DNA of 64,000 nt from contig CM059431.1 of assembly GCA_030390025.1 (NCBI GenBank), forward strand, positions 142,106,001 through 142,170,000, read 5' to 3'. This DNA comes from Squalus acanthias. Taxonomy: Eukaryota. A program made the position numbers and the translations under genes. Shown here piece by piece: positions 13,918-26,867 of the stretch. Within the stretch, counting starts at the first letter, position 1. Each line of letters begins with the position of its first letter. The notes beneath the pieces were generated by a model that was given only the letters and a program-made list of their open reading frames with translations, was not told the origin of the DNA and did not search any database.

Positions 13918-14470
13918 GTCACAATAAATAATGTTAGGGCATGTTCACAACCAGTAACGTTACAGTTGATTCATCAAAAATAAGGTTAGATTAGCGTCCC
14001 CACCAGTAACGTTAGAGTAGGATGCCACAGCAGTAATGTTAGAGTAGAGTCCCCAGCAGTAATGTCAGAGCAGGAACACCACCAGTAATGTAAGAGTAGA
14101 GTAAACACCAGTACTGTTAGTGTAGAGTCAACACTAGTAAAGTTATATTAGGTGCAACACGAATAATGTTAGAGTTGGGTCATTACCAGTAATGTCGGAG
14201 TAATATCACCACCAGTAATGTTAGAGTACGGTCACCAGCAGTAATGTTAGAGTCGGGTATCCACCACTAATGTGTGAATAGATTCAAAACCATTAATGTT
14301 AGTGTACAGTCACCACTTTATTAATGATAGGTTAGAGTAGCTTCGCTACCAATAATGTTAGAGTGAGTCACCACCAGTAACGTTAGATTTGATTCACCAC
14401 CATGTATGTTAGAATATTGTCATTACTCTTAATGTTAGTGTAGGATCTTCGCCGGTAACGTTACAGCCGA
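13918..14470. repeat. 26-bp satellite array, segment 3 (degenerate), ending about 350 bp upstream of the TATA box of copy 2
   Basis: CACCAGTAATGTTAGAGTA units. Confidence 0.88.
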
Positions 14471-14618
14471 GTCCTTAGTGGTTATCATTTCAATACATAA
14501 CAAATTTAAATTATGCAATGTATGAGTGTAGGTTTCATCGAATTAATGTGAGACTCCAAGATCCTAACGCAGTGTCCGGGAGGGCTGTTCCCTTGAGGGT
14601 TTATGGGACATGCGTAGG

Positions 14619-14676
14619 GCACATTCCTTCTGGGATTACTTTCCGTTCATTGATTTTAATGGACGGAATTTCATGG
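14619..14676. promoter_or_regulatory. Conserved palindromic upstream block of copy 2
   Basis: 56/58 identical to 54525..54582; contains the inverted repeat TTCCGTTCATT...AATGGACGGAA. Confidence 0.5.
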
Positions 14677-14808
14677 ACTGAGCTGTTCAATTTCCCCAGT
14701 GGCGGCCCGGGCGCCCCGAAGGGGAAAATCGCCTGTTGTTTGTTAAGTTACTGTAACTAACGCAAATTATAGGGTAACCTGATTTTCTCACCGGGGCAGC
14801 GATTGTTC

Positions 14809-14814
14809 TATAAA
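14809..14814 (+). promoter_or_regulatory. TATA box of GPCR copy 2
   Basis: TATAAA about 80 nt upstream of the ATG, positionally conserved with copy 3. Confidence 0.6.
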
Positions 14815-14892
14815 GATGGATGAATTTCTGGATTTCAGTTAAACTCCCGTCGGTGCCGTTATGCTGCACAGAATTCGCAGATTCTTCCAAAA

Positions 14893-16681
14893 ATGGAACT
14901 GCCAACAATGGTACAGATAAACAACATTTACTATCCTATTCTCGCAGCCTTTGCGGTTCCCGGTAAGTCAATGCATCCTGTTACCTAATAGCTGTTGACT
15001 ATCTCAGTGTTAATGTAACAAATTCCGAGCATGTCCTCATTTGCTGAGTCATTTATTCAACGGGATCATTTGCTGAATATCAGTGGGAATCGTATCAGTC
15101 CGCGCGTCCACTGAGGCGCTGTTCTGGTCGGTAGACCAGAGCTCAATCTTCCTCCCTGTACTGAGGGAGGGCGAGGATGATTCACCGGCCCCTCCAATAG
15201 TACATAGATCATTAAAGAATGTGTTGCTCAGTGTCCATGGTAATCCTTTCATCTGTACCGTTGTACCCTGTCTAGATTAATTTGATAATTCCTTGTACTG
15301 CAGCCACCTCCACCCATCAGAGGACTGTGAATGATATTTGGAGCAATAATTGCCGCTCAGGGAGCTGCTCCCCTCCCCTCGGCTGTAAAGAACCTTCGCA
15401 GGCTCCTCCATCTCCCGCTCTGTTACCGAGCAGCTCCCTCGGGGCCATTAGAAATAGAAAAAGCGCAGAGTTTCGACCTACATCGGATGTTTGTGTCTCA
15501 GCTGAATGTATTATTTGAATTCATATCTTTCCAGTCATTGTTTGTAAATTATATTTAATACGTGACGATGTCTGACTGCTGGAAACAGCCGACATTCAGC
15601 CCCTCTATCGCCAGGGTTCTATGTTTTATCTCTTTTAAACAAATTGTCCAACGATCCGCTATTTTATAAAGAAATAATCAGTGTCGATTACCCTATGTAG
15701 GGACACTTCAGAACATATCCCCACAATGTGCTGTTAGATTTATCCGAGTGTCCCCGTTACAGACCTCTTCTCCCTCTTTCTCACAGCGAACCTACTGACA
15801 ATCGTGATTCTCTCCAGAGGAAACTGCGGACCTTCCAAATGTATTTCTGTCTACATGGTGGCCATGGCAACAGCAGATCTACTGGTCATTGTCTTACATG
15901 TAATAGCGTATCAAACTTTCAGTTATCACTTTCCACATTCATTCCTGAACTACACTGCGGTTTGTAAGTTAATTCTGTGTATGAATCCTGCTACCCTGGA
16001 TATGTCGGTGTGGTTTACCGTCTCCTTCACATTTGATCGATTTGTAGCCATATGTTGTCAGAACTTTAAAACAAAGTATTGCACTGTGAGAACTGCGGCC
16101 GCGGTTATAACAACGGTCTCCGTCCTGATCTGTTTAGAGAACATCCCCTTTTGGTTTGCATATGAAACTGAGCGAATAATTCACAACGTTCCCTGGGGTT
16201 GCCGCTATAGTGTGACCTTTTTTATTTCGCTTGCAGGTGTAGCATACTGCTGGATAAAAAGTATTTTACTTCCATGGCTTCCTTTTGCATTGATATTACT
16301 GTTTAATTGTTTGACAGTCCGGCGCATTTTGGTGTCCAGTAGAGCACGCACGGCACTCCTGGGTCACAGCAGTGAGAATCAGAGCGATCCCGAGATGGAG
16401 AAACGAAGGAAATCCATCATTTTACTGTTCATTGTATCGGCCAGTCTTATTGTGATGTGGCTGACAGTTTTTTAACTACCAAACTGACAAACACGGCACA
16501 TTATCGAGGCGATTATACATCCCCTGCATACATTGCCACTGAAACCGGATATATGCTCATGTATTTGAGTTCCTGTACAAACACATGTATTTATACAGCT
16601 ACACAAACTAAATTCAGGGAAGAGATAAAGAACGTGGTGAAATCTCCTTGGACATTCATTCTGAATTTAGTTAAAAAATGA
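14893..16681 (+). pseudogene. GPR139/GPR142-like GPCR, copy 2; exon 1 14893..14962, intron 14963..15786, exon 2 15787..16681; frameshifted in TM6
   Basis: Exon 1 MELPTMVQINNIYYPILAAFAVP ends at G|GTAAGT and joins in phase 1 to ctttctcacAG|CG AAC, giving ANLLTIVILSRGNCG..YMVAMATADLL..FDRF. A 10-nt deletion after 16466 relative to copies 1 and 3 (TGG CTG ACA|GT TTT TTA ACT ACC) gives TAA at 16473-16475. TM7/H8 survive out of frame to the ancestral TGA at 16679-16681. Confidence 0.88.
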
Positions 16682-18559
16682 AAAATTGAAGCAAACCTTC
16701 CTGACCGAACTGGAGCTCAATTCTACTACGATGAAAATGGATTGTTCTGTTTAAATAAATGTAAAAATAAACCAGCATTCCTGTTCAAACTAGAGTTAAA
16801 TTACAGCCCCTGTTCCCTTTTAGAACGGCCGTCTTTCTGTTATGACGGAAATGGAATGTTGTTGTGAGAATGTACAGGTATCAGAAAATATTTCCTCCAC
16901 TTTGTGCCGTGTGTTTGATGTCTGCTGCTTTCCCCGGGTGAACATAATCGATTCCCATAAAACAGTGCCCTTCACGCTCAAGATTCAAAGAGAACGGTCA
17001 AGACTGAGCTTCAGCAGTGGAGTAGCACATGTGGGTGTCAGCGTGAACTGCCTCACACCGCAGGTACTGGAATGAGTCGCCCCAGTTTAATTAATAGCTA
17101 ACGTTTTCTTTAGTGTAGAAACAATGTGTTATAATGGAGGTTATCTGCAATACTGTAATCTCGGTGTGAATGTTGCAGGCGCTGGTCTCCCCATCAGACT
17201 CCTCCCCCCATTGTCTCCTGGACCAATAGAACGGGGCCCTGTCTCCTGACCAGTTTCTGATGATGAGACAGTAGGAACTTGACTCGTCAATGTGACATTA
17301 GACAGCTTTCTTCACAGATATTTACTGAAAATCTCAACTGGTCATCACAATGTTGGAACCAACCAGTCCTTGTCGGCGTTTACACTCCACCCGACTCAAC
17401 ATCCCTTCTACCACTTTTTGTTCATTCATCTATCCAATTTGATATTGAATATTTACATAATTCCTGCCTCCGTGAAATCCACAGTCTCAGAACTCTCTGT
17501 GTAACGAGTTTTATCCAGCACTCACTTAAATATCTCTGACATTTCTTTTATCGATGGTCGTTAGTTTTTGATCTCTCAGCTAATGGAATCCGTCTGCTTC
17601 TATCTTTTTAACTTAAATCCCCTGGGCACCACTCGCCAAAATATACTAGTCTGTTGTCAATGCACAATCTAGTGAAATTGAGGAAAATTTACTTAAGATA
17701 GTTAATTGATAACTTTCTCTCGGAGATTGTTGTGACCTTGCTTGTACTGAACAATGAGAAGAATGTATTTGATAGCTTGGTCACTCACTACACGAAAAAT
17801 TGTGACCATTCAGGGGGAGATTCTAAAGAAGCAACTCCAGATCGCCGATCGTTTGATGGATCTTGTACTGGATGATGTGTGTGGAGAAGTGACGTATTGT
17901 AGGTGAAGCAACCAGCATGTGATATGTATGATGAAATGCCCCAGAGCACGGGTCCATGACATGGTCAGTTACGCTGACATCACCACTACATGAAATGGTT
18001 AATGTGGCTCCAGAGCATGCGAACATGTGTAACAATAATAGGTAGAGATCTGCGCCATAGAATAGGTCGAGATAGAAATATGATGCTGTTAGGATGTTAT
18101 TTTGTGATGGCCTTAAATACTCTAACGCCAATAGAGGGGGTTCTATGAAGTAAGGGTCAGTCAGACTGTCCTGAATCTGCTAACGTTATATTGCATTGGT
18201 TCAAAATGCCAAACCCCTCATGGTTTCATTTCCCGTGGAGCCCGCGCTCTGCCAATCCGGTTGGCATCCAGCTTCAGAATGAAGTGGTGTTGAATTGCGG
18301 GCTGTTCTGTGTAATAGGCACATTCTCATTTAACTGGATTCAGACGGCCAACAGTATTTAAGTCACGAGTCAGGCAGCAGGCAGGGATTTTAATACTATC
18401 AGTCAGCGATGCATCTGCACCCAGTTACAATCGTGAGAAGGCGATGTGTAATCAACCTCATCATCTAATATCAACATGTAAAATAGAGAGCATAGAATGA
18501 ACAGGTTAACCATTACATTACCGTGTCAAATTCAGTCCCATATGGTTGGGATTCTCCTG

Positions 18560-19110
18560 CCCCCTGTTCCTAATTCAACAGTGTCCGTGTTCCCTTAATT
18601 TCTCTATTACTCAGTACAGTCGCTGTGTTTTCCGGACATTCCCGTGACGTAATTTTGTTATTCAACAGTTGCTGTCTTCCCTGTCACCTACTTGGACATA
18701 CATTGCTGGTACGGTCCACGGACCCCAGTTTCTAATTACACAGTTGCTGTGTTCCCCTAAATTCCCATCTTCTCTATTTCTAATTAAGCAGTTATTGTGC
18801 TCCCCTAAATTCCCATCTTCTCTGTTTCTAATTTAATAGTTACTGTGTTCCTGTAAAGTTACCTTTACTTTATTCTAATTAAATTATTGCTGCATTCCTC
18901 AAAATGACCTTGTTCTCTATTTTTAATTAAACATTTACTGTGCTTCCCTATAGTCCCCGTTATTCTACTAATAAGTAAGCAATTGTTGTATTCCCCTTAA
19001 GTCTCCTTTCTTCTATTTTAATTAAAGAGTTGTTGCATTCCCCTAATTTTACCTGTCCTGTAATTTAATTAAACACTTACTGTATTGCCGTTAATTCCAC
19101 TATTACCCAT
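18560..19110. repeat. Degenerate 48-bp minisatellite (short paralog of 60430..62900)
   Basis: CTAATTACACAGTTGCTGTGTTCCCCTAAATT-like units; flanks match those of the large array. Confidence 0.75.
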
Positions 19111-20200
19111 CGTGTAAGCTCATGTTGTCCACGAACAACTACCTCCTGCTGCTTGAACCCCATTCACACTAAACTGCTGACCATCCAGTTTCTCTTCCTC
19201 GCCCCAGGTTATCTGATATTTGGAACAGGTTCACTCTGCTCTGGTACTGTCCCCCTCGCTTTCACATCTGCCGCCATTAGTCACTCCTGACAAATCCACT
19301 CTTGACTCCTCTGACTTTTGCAAGCTACCGCCCCATTCCATCATCATATTCCTTTCTAAATACTTGAAATTATTGTCGCCTCCCAAATTTGTGTCCATCT
19401 ATCCCGCAAGTCCCCTACTTCAATGTATCCAATCAAGTTTCTTCCTTTGCACATCACATGAAACGGCCCTTTACGAAGTCACAAATTATATCCCCAGTGT
19501 CTGTGACCATGTTGCATTATTCCTCTTCATTCTTCCCGTCTTTGACTCGGTTAACCACACTATACTTCTCCACGCCTCTCCTCCATTTTCCAGCTGTGTG
19601 GAACTGCCCTCGTCTGGTTCCACTCTTACCGATGCAGTCTGAGCCAGAGAATAGCCTGCAATGGCTTATCCTCGCGCTCTCGCACCGTTACCTCTAACCC
19701 CAAAGGCTATACTCATTGATCCTTCTATTTCGCATCTACATGCTGCTCCTTGGCGACATCAGCCGGAAACACAACATCAGATTCCACCGCTTTGTGGAAC
19801 ACCTCCGTTCAGTCCGTAAGGGTGACCCCGAGCTTCCGGTCGCCTGTCATATCAATTCACCGCTCCATGCCCACTCAGACCTCACCGTCCTCGGCCTCTT
19901 GCATTGTTCCATGGAAGCTCAGCGTAAGCTCGAGGAACAGCACCTCATCTTCCGATTAGGCACTTTACAACCTTCCGGACTCAATATCGAGTTCAACAAT
20001 TTCAAATCATAACCTCTGCCCCTACCATATTTATATATTTTTAATCCACACTTTTGGTTTGTGCCTTTTCCTTTTTTTTCCATCTCCCACATTGCAGCTG
20101 TCTTTCATTCTGCCAGCGCATTTCACACTTCATCTTGAGCCATCTATTGTTTCTTATCCTGTCCTATTACCATCTCGTCTCGCCTCGAATATCTCTTAAT

Positions 20201-20964
20201 GGCCCAGAAATTAAACAGTGAGCTTTCCCGCGGGGGTAAGACTTCCCCGCGATATCTCACTCCGCGCCTACCTTTTTCCTCCGTGCCCACACGAACTTTA
20301 GATTAAAGCCCTCTGCCACATGCAACTGTGCAGTGCTTGCGTGACCCAGAGACGCAATTAGTTCGTGCGAGCTCTGGGATCACGTGATTCAGTTAGAGCC
20401 AATGGCAGCACACCATCTTTCATTCATAGTTTTGACGGCAAGAGCTGTCAAAGCTATGAATATTACAAACCCCCAAAAGAACAGCTAAACCTCAATTAAA
20501 TTAAAGAAAAAGCCATCACAGTAATAAAATAAGTATAGTTAAATAAATTAACCACTTTAAACAAAAAATTTAATTTTTGAAAAAATTTCAAATCTTTTTA
20601 AAAGTTATAAAAATAAACTTACCTTTCTTTAAAGTCTCTAAAAAAGATAAACCTGTTGAAATTTTTTTTTAAAAACACGTAATGAACTACTTACCTTGTT
20701 AAAAGGGGGTCCTACGCCTGCTTTCTTTATGTGTAAAATCTTCAACACTTACCTGCGCGTTCAAACCTGAAAAAATAACTAAGTGCACTGCGTGCGCGCA
20801 GCCTGAAGCGCGCACGCGGTTCACTTAGGAACCGCCCCCTTTTGAATTCACGAAGTGCCGGTTTCCCGCGCATGCGCAGTGCATGCAGGAAACCGGCAAT
20901 TGGAGACCTAAAATGCGAGAGTACACAGTGCGTACTCTCGCGTATTAGGTCTAATTTTCGTGCC
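20201..20964 (+). mobile_element. Harbinger-like MITE nested in the Penelope 3' UTR
   Basis: TIR GGCCCAGAAATTA / TAATTTTCGTGCC, flanks AAT and ATT; empty site CTCTC-AAT-GTCTCT in the Penelope copy near 13716-13729. Confidence 0.87.
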
Positions 20965-21066
20965 ATTGTCTCTTTACTTCTCACTTACATTCCCTTTTGT
21001 TCATGTATTCCCTCCCCCAGCCTCCAATCTTGCTTTTTTATCTGTTTCATTTCCTGCTTTTTTCTC

Positions 21067-21103
21067 AGTTCTGACGAAGGGTCTTCGACCTGAAACGTTA
21101 ACT
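21067..21103 (+). ncRNA. Minimal type I hammerhead ribozyme (Penelope family A)
   Basis: AGUU-CUGACGA-A-GGGUC-UUC-GACCU-GAAA-CG-UU-AACU: helix I AGUU/AACU, palindromic ACGU. Confidence 0.75.
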
Positions 21104-21699
21104 CTGTTTCTCTCTCCACGGATGTTGCCTGGCCTGCTGAGTTTTTCCAGCGCTTTCTGTTGTTATTTCAGTTTTCCAGCAGCCGCAGTATTTTGCTATT
21201 GTTCCAGATTCCACGTGTATGCTGAAGACACACAACTCTACCGCACCACCAACTCTCTTAACTCCTCCACTGTCTCTGTGTTGTCAAATAGCTTGTCTGC
21301 ACTCCATTCAAGGATGAGCAAAAATTTCCTCCTGTGTATCCTCCACATTCTTCGCCCCAACATTGGCAGCCGTGCCTTTAGTTGTATACGTTCTAAAAAC
21401 CGAAATTGCCTCCCTGAAACTCTGCATTTCTCCTCTCCTTAAAGACTCTCCTTAAAACCTACCTCTGATCACGCTTTTGGTCACCTGCCCACCTGTCTCC
21501 TTCTTTGGGTCCTTAGCCCTTTTGTGTCTGATTACACTCATTGGAAGCGCCTTGGGGCGTTTTATTAATTTACATGCGGTATATAAATGAACGTTGCTGT
21601 AATAAGAAGGCCATGCTGGCCTGTCCCCTCAAACAGATGCATCTAGGTAGTTTGGTCCGTTTATAATGAAGAGGTTGATGGGAGGTGGGACGTTGGGCT

Positions 21700-24142
21700 G
21701 CAGAGATCAATCTATTATAATGAGCAGAGCATCATAGTTAAGTTTCTGGTCAATGGAGAACCCCAGGATATTGATGCTGGGGTATTCAGTGATGATAATG
21801 TCGTTGAATGTCAAGGGGCGGTGATTAAAATCTCTCTTGTTGGAGATAGCGATTGCCTGGCACTTGTGTGGCGCGAAAGTTACTTGCCGCTTATCAGCAC
21901 AAGTCTTCAACGTTGTCCTGGTGCTGTGATGATTAATCTCCAACCCCCACAACCATCTTCCTTTGTGCTAGGTATGATTCCAGCCAGTTGAGATTTTTCC
22001 CCTGATTCCCATTGGCTTCAGTTTTGCTAGGGCTGCTTGAAGCCAAACCGGTCAAATGCTGTCTTGATTTCAAGGGCAGTCACTCTCACCTCTCCTCTGA
22101 TTTCAGCTATTTTGTTCATGTTTGGACCAAGGCTGTAATGAGGTCAGGAGCCCAGTGGATCTGGCGGAACACTAACTGAGCATCGGTGAGCAGGTTATTG
22201 GTGAGTAAGTGCCACTTGACGACTTGACACCTTCCATCACTTTGCTGATGATTGCGTGTAGACTGAAGGGGCGGTAATTGGCCAGGTTGGATTTGTCCTG
22301 CTTTTTGTGGACAGGACATACCTGGGCAGCTTTTCACATTGTTGGATAGATACCAGTGTTGAAGCTGTACCGGAACAGCTTGGCTAGAGGCGCGGCTAGT
22401 TCTGGAGCACAAGTCTTCAGCACGATAGCCGGAATTTTGTCGGGGACCATAGCTTTTGTTGTATCCAGAGCGCTCAGCCGTTTCTTGGTATCAAGTGATG
22501 GAATCGAATTGGAAGAAGACTAGCTTCTCTGATGGTGGCGACTTCAGGAGGACGCCAAAATGGAACATCTACTCGGCACTTCTGGCTGAAGATTTGTGCA
22601 AGCCTTGTCTTTTAGCCTCACGTTCTGGGCTCCGCCATCATTGATGATGGGGATATTCATGGAACCTCCTCCTCCCGTTAGTTGCTTATTTTTACACCAC
22701 CATTCACGACTGGATGTGGCAGGACTGAAGACTTTTGATCTGATCCGTTGATTTTGGGATCGCTTAGCTCTGTCTATAGAGGCTGCTTCCAGTGTTTAGC
22801 ATGCATGTAGTCCTGTGTTGAATCTTCCCAAGTTTGGCACTTGATTTTTACGTACGCATGGTGGTTCTCCGGCAGGCTCTTTTGCACAACTTATTGAACG
22901 AGGGTTGGTCCCCTGGCTTGATGATAATGGTACAATGAGGGAAATGCTGGGCATGAGGTTACAGATTGTGATGGAATACAATTCTGCTGCAGCTAATTGC
23001 CCACAGCGCCTCATGGATGCCCAGTTTTAAGTTGCTAGATCTGTTCCGAATTTCCCATTTAGCACGATGGTAGTGCCACACAACATGATGGAGGGTGTCC
23101 TCAGTGTGAAAACGGGACTTCGTTTCCATAATGACTGTATGGTGGTCACTGCTACCACGGACAGATGCATCTGCGACTGGTAGATTGGTCAGGACGAGGT
23201 CATGAAGGGTTTTCCATGCTTCTCTCACTATTTGCCGCAGGCCCAGTCTGGAAGCTATATCCTTCAGGACTCGGCCAGCTCGGTCAGTCGTGGTGCTACC
23301 GAGCCACTCTTGGTGATGGACAATGGATACCGCCACCTAGTGTACATTCTGTGCCTTTGCTCCTCTCAGTGCTTCTGCCAAGTGGTGTTCAACATGGAGG
23401 AGTACTGATTGATCAGCTGAGTGAGGGCGGTAGATGTTAATCAGCAGGCTGTTTAGCTTGCTCATGAGACTTCATGGGGTCCGGAGTCAATGTTGAGGAC
23501 ACCCAGGGCCACTCCTTCCCGATTTTCTCGCCACCTCTGTTGGGTCTGTCCTGCCGGTGGAACAGGACATACCCAGGGATGGTGATGGAGGTGTCTGGGA
23601 CATTGGCTGAAAGTTATGATTCTGTGAGTATGACTTTGTCAGGCTGTTGCCTGACTAGTCTGTGAAACAGCTTCTCCCAATGTTGGCACAAATCCCCAGA
23701 TGTTCCTGAGGAGGACTTTGCAGGGTCGACTGGGCTGGCTGTGCTGTTGTTGTGTCCGTAGACGGTGTGAAGCCGAGTGGCCCGTCCGGATTTATTCTTA
23801 TTCAAAGCGGTTTGTTGCAACTGAGTGACTTGCTCGTCCATTTCAGAGGGCGCTTAAAAGTCAAGCACATTGCTGTGATCTGGAGTCATATATAGGCCAA
23901 AACAGGTAAGGACAGCAGATTTCATTCCCTCAAGGACATTATTGAATCAGATTTTTTTTACGACAATCCGATAGTTTCACGGTCACCATTACTGATACTA
24001 GCTTTTTAATCCAGACTTTTATTTGTTTAACTGATTTTAAATTCCTCAGCTACCATGGTGGGATTTGAACTCTCGTCTCCAGATCATTATCACAGGCCTC
24101 TGCATTGCTAGCCTAGTAACATAAACACTATACCACCGTGCG
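21700..24142 (-). mobile_element. Degraded APE-RT non-LTR retrotransposon (CR1/L2 group, clade unresolved) with a tRNA-derived 5' head
   Basis: APE remnants (HRLVRQQPDKVILTES, VHHQEWLGSTTTDRAG, DLVLTNLP..SSDH) and RT remnants; Pol III A box near 24126-24135 and B box GAGTTCAAATCCC at 24060-24072 on the minus strand. Confidence 0.75.
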
Positions 24143-24529
24143 CTCATGGCAGCCCCGAGTTAGAAATCGTAACATATTAATGTCTCACTTTCCAAAGTGC
24201 TACTGCTGGTCAGTTTTAGCTTAGTTCCTGTTCAGAGACACACTGATAGAGGAACATCTCATAGAGCTGTGCATGAAACAAAGAAAGGAGTGTTCCCGTG
24301 TTAATAAAGGAAATTCAAGAATGAATTGCATCAAACACTGGAATGTCTGGTGAAAGTAATTGTCGAGAAACAGATATGCAAATACAGAAGGTAAATACGG
24401 GGCCACTAAAAGGCAAATGTAATGCAAATGTAGATTCAGAGAAGAAAATAAGTAGTGTTTTAGATTAGAGAGAGGACAGGAAGACATGGAAAATTCATCT
24501 TTTTCTCAACCACAACACATTGCACATAA

Positions 24530-26645
24530 ATGAGAAGTCGCACAAAACCAGGTAATAGTCCAACAGATTTATTTAAAATTACGAGCTTTCGGAGCAGTTG
24601 CCCCTTTGTCAGGTAAAGGTACAGTGAGGGAATCTACAGTATTACACAGTATATAAACACAGAAAGCAATTTGTCTGCAGAGATACAATCTTTCTGGGAG
24701 GCATTACATCAAAGACACACCAGAGCACAGCCAAGACAATGAGATGGCTCACAGGGGGTCCAACGTGTCAAATCCTGCCATCTGCAGTTGAGCTTTTAAC
24801 CTTTTTTTTTGGTTTTCTTTATTTTGTGTTTTTTTTTAAAACTGGAAAGACAGACAACGATGTCGAGTCACCGTCTGTAGCGTGACATGAACCCGAGATC
24901 CCTATTGAGGCCGTCCTCATAGGGGCGGAACATGGCTATCAGTTTCTGCTCGATGATTTTGCGTTGTCGTGTGTCTCGAAGGCCGCCTTGGAGAACGCTA
25001 ACCCGCAGATCCGAGGGTGAATTTCCTTGACTGCTGAAGTGTTCCCCGACTGGGAGGTAACAATCCTGCCTGGCGATTGTTGTGCGGTATCAGTTCATAC
25101 GTTGTCTCAGTGTCTGTATGGTCTCGCCGATATACCATGCTCTGGGGCATCCTTTCCTACAACGTATCAGGTAGACAACGTTGGCCGAGTCACATGAGTA
25201 TGTACCATGTACCTGGTGGGTAGTGTTCTCACGTGTGATGATGGTATCTGTGTTGATTATCTGGCATGTCTTGCAGAGGTTGCCGTGGCAGGGTTGTGTG
25301 GTGTCGTGTTCGCTGTTCTCCTGACAGCTGGGTAATTTGCTGCGAACGATGGTACTTTTGAGGTTAGGTGGCTGCTTGAAGGCGAGTAGTGGAGGCGTGG
25401 GGATGGCCTTAGCAAGGTGTTCGTCGTCATCGATGACATGTTGAAGGCTGTGAAGAACATGGCGTAGTTTCTCCGCTCCGGGGAAGTACTGGACGACGTA
25501 TGGTACTCTGTTGGTTGTGTCCCGTGTTCGCCTTCTGAGGAGGTCTATGCGGTTTTTCGCTGTGGCCCGTCGGAACTGTCGATCGACGAGTCGAGCGTCA
25601 TATCCCATTCTTACGAGGGCGTCTTTCAGTGTCCGTAGGTGTCCATCGCGTTCCTCCTCGTCTTAGCAGATCCTGTGTATTCGCAGGGCTTGTCCATAGG
25701 GGATTGCTTCTGTAACGTGGTTAGGGTGGAAGCTGGAGAAGTGGAGCATCGTGAGGTTGTCTGTGGGCTTGCGGTAGAGTGAAGTGCTGAGGTGTCCGTG
25801 TTTGATGGAGATTCGTGTGTCCAAGAATGAAACCGATTCTGAGGAGTAGTCCATGGTGAGTTTGATGGTGGGATCGAACCTGTTGATGTTATTGTGTAGT
25901 CCTTTCAGTGATCCTTCGCTGTGGGTCCAAAGGAAGAAGATGTCATCGATGTATCTGGTGTACAGCGTTGGTTGGACGTCCTGTGCAGCGAAGAAGTCAT
26001 GCGCGAACTTGTGCATGAAGATGTTGGCGTATTGGGGTGCGAATTTGGTCCCCATGGCTGTTCCGTGTGTTTGGGTAAAAAACTGGTTGTCGAAGTTGAA
26101 GACATTGTGGTCAAGGATGAAGCGAATGAGTTGTAGGATGGCGTCTGGAGATTGGCTGTTGTTGGTGTTGAGTACTGAGGCTGTCGCAGTGATGCCGTCA
26201 TCGTGGGGGATATTGGTGTAGATTGCCGATACGTCCATCGTGGCGAGGAGTGTTCCTGGTTCAACTTTTCCATGGGTGCTGAGTTTCTGCAAGATGTCTG
26301 TAGTGTCGTGACAGAAGCTGGGGGTTCCCTGTACGATGGTTTTCAGGATGCCCTCGACGTACCCAGAGAGGTTCTCACACAGGGTTCCGTTGCCTGATAC
26401 GATAGGACGTCCGGGTGTGTTGGCTTTGTGTATCTTTGGGAGGCAGTAAAAGTCTTCTACGCGGGGAGTACGTGGGATGAGAGCGCGTAGGAGGCTTTGA
26501 AGGTCTGGATCGAAGGTCTTGATCAAACTATTGAGTTGACGGGTGTGTTCTTTGGTCGGATCTGTGGGTAACTGTCTGTAGTCTTCCTGGTTGCCCAGTT
26601 GTCGGTATGCTTCTTTGCAATAGTCCATTCTGTTCTGTATGACGG
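24530..26645 (-). mobile_element. Penelope-like retroelement family B, 5'-truncated, with in-frame stops
   Basis: FYCLPKIHK..GRPIVS, TMDVSAIYTNIP, QTHGTAMGT, RYIDDIF; CHGNLCKTC linker; VVYLIRC..WYIGET; hammerhead-like motif in the 3' end (about 24578-24616). Confidence 0.92.
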
Positions 26646-26867
26646 TTTGCTTCTAGTTTCTTTTTCTCCTTCATCGATAGGGTAGTTTTGGTGCTGAAAA
26701 ATGCAGGAAGAAAATCAGCACAGCCCAGGATACCATGTGTGGATGAGCAGTTTCCTCGTGTCCTCAGTCACAATTTAGCATTATTTTACATCTGGCAAAC
26801 TGCACCTGCAGAAATCTTCCTCCATGGTTAAATACCTACCCCTCCACTGATAATAGTCTCCTTCAAA

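Larger units (their letters stand above)
19788..21204 (+). mobile_element. Penelope family A 3' fragment (end of GIY-YIG plus 3' UTR) with a nested MITE
   Basis: RFVEHLRSVRKGDPELPVACH..LNIEFNNFKS; 10-bp TSD CAGATTCCAC (19778-19787 and 21205-21214); empty site near 63581-63590. Confidence 0.92.
19110..21600 (+). mobile_element. Degraded L2-type LINE fragment, interrupted by a Penelope fragment at 19788..21204
   Basis: Remnants TSCCLNPIHTKLL, FDSVNHTILL, FHVYAEDTQLY, IGSRAFS; an uninterrupted paralog lies at 62910..63975. Confidence 0.75.

Noticed and set aside
17823..18131. Minus-strand ORF with an ADLY motif as a possible fourth receptor relic
   Set aside because: No convincing 7TM motifs, and the reading frame is not preserved in the paralogous block at 57630-57895.
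24040..24142. tRNA genes here and near 54270-54328
   Set aside because: A and B boxes are present but belong to retroposon heads; no complete cloverleaf is evident.
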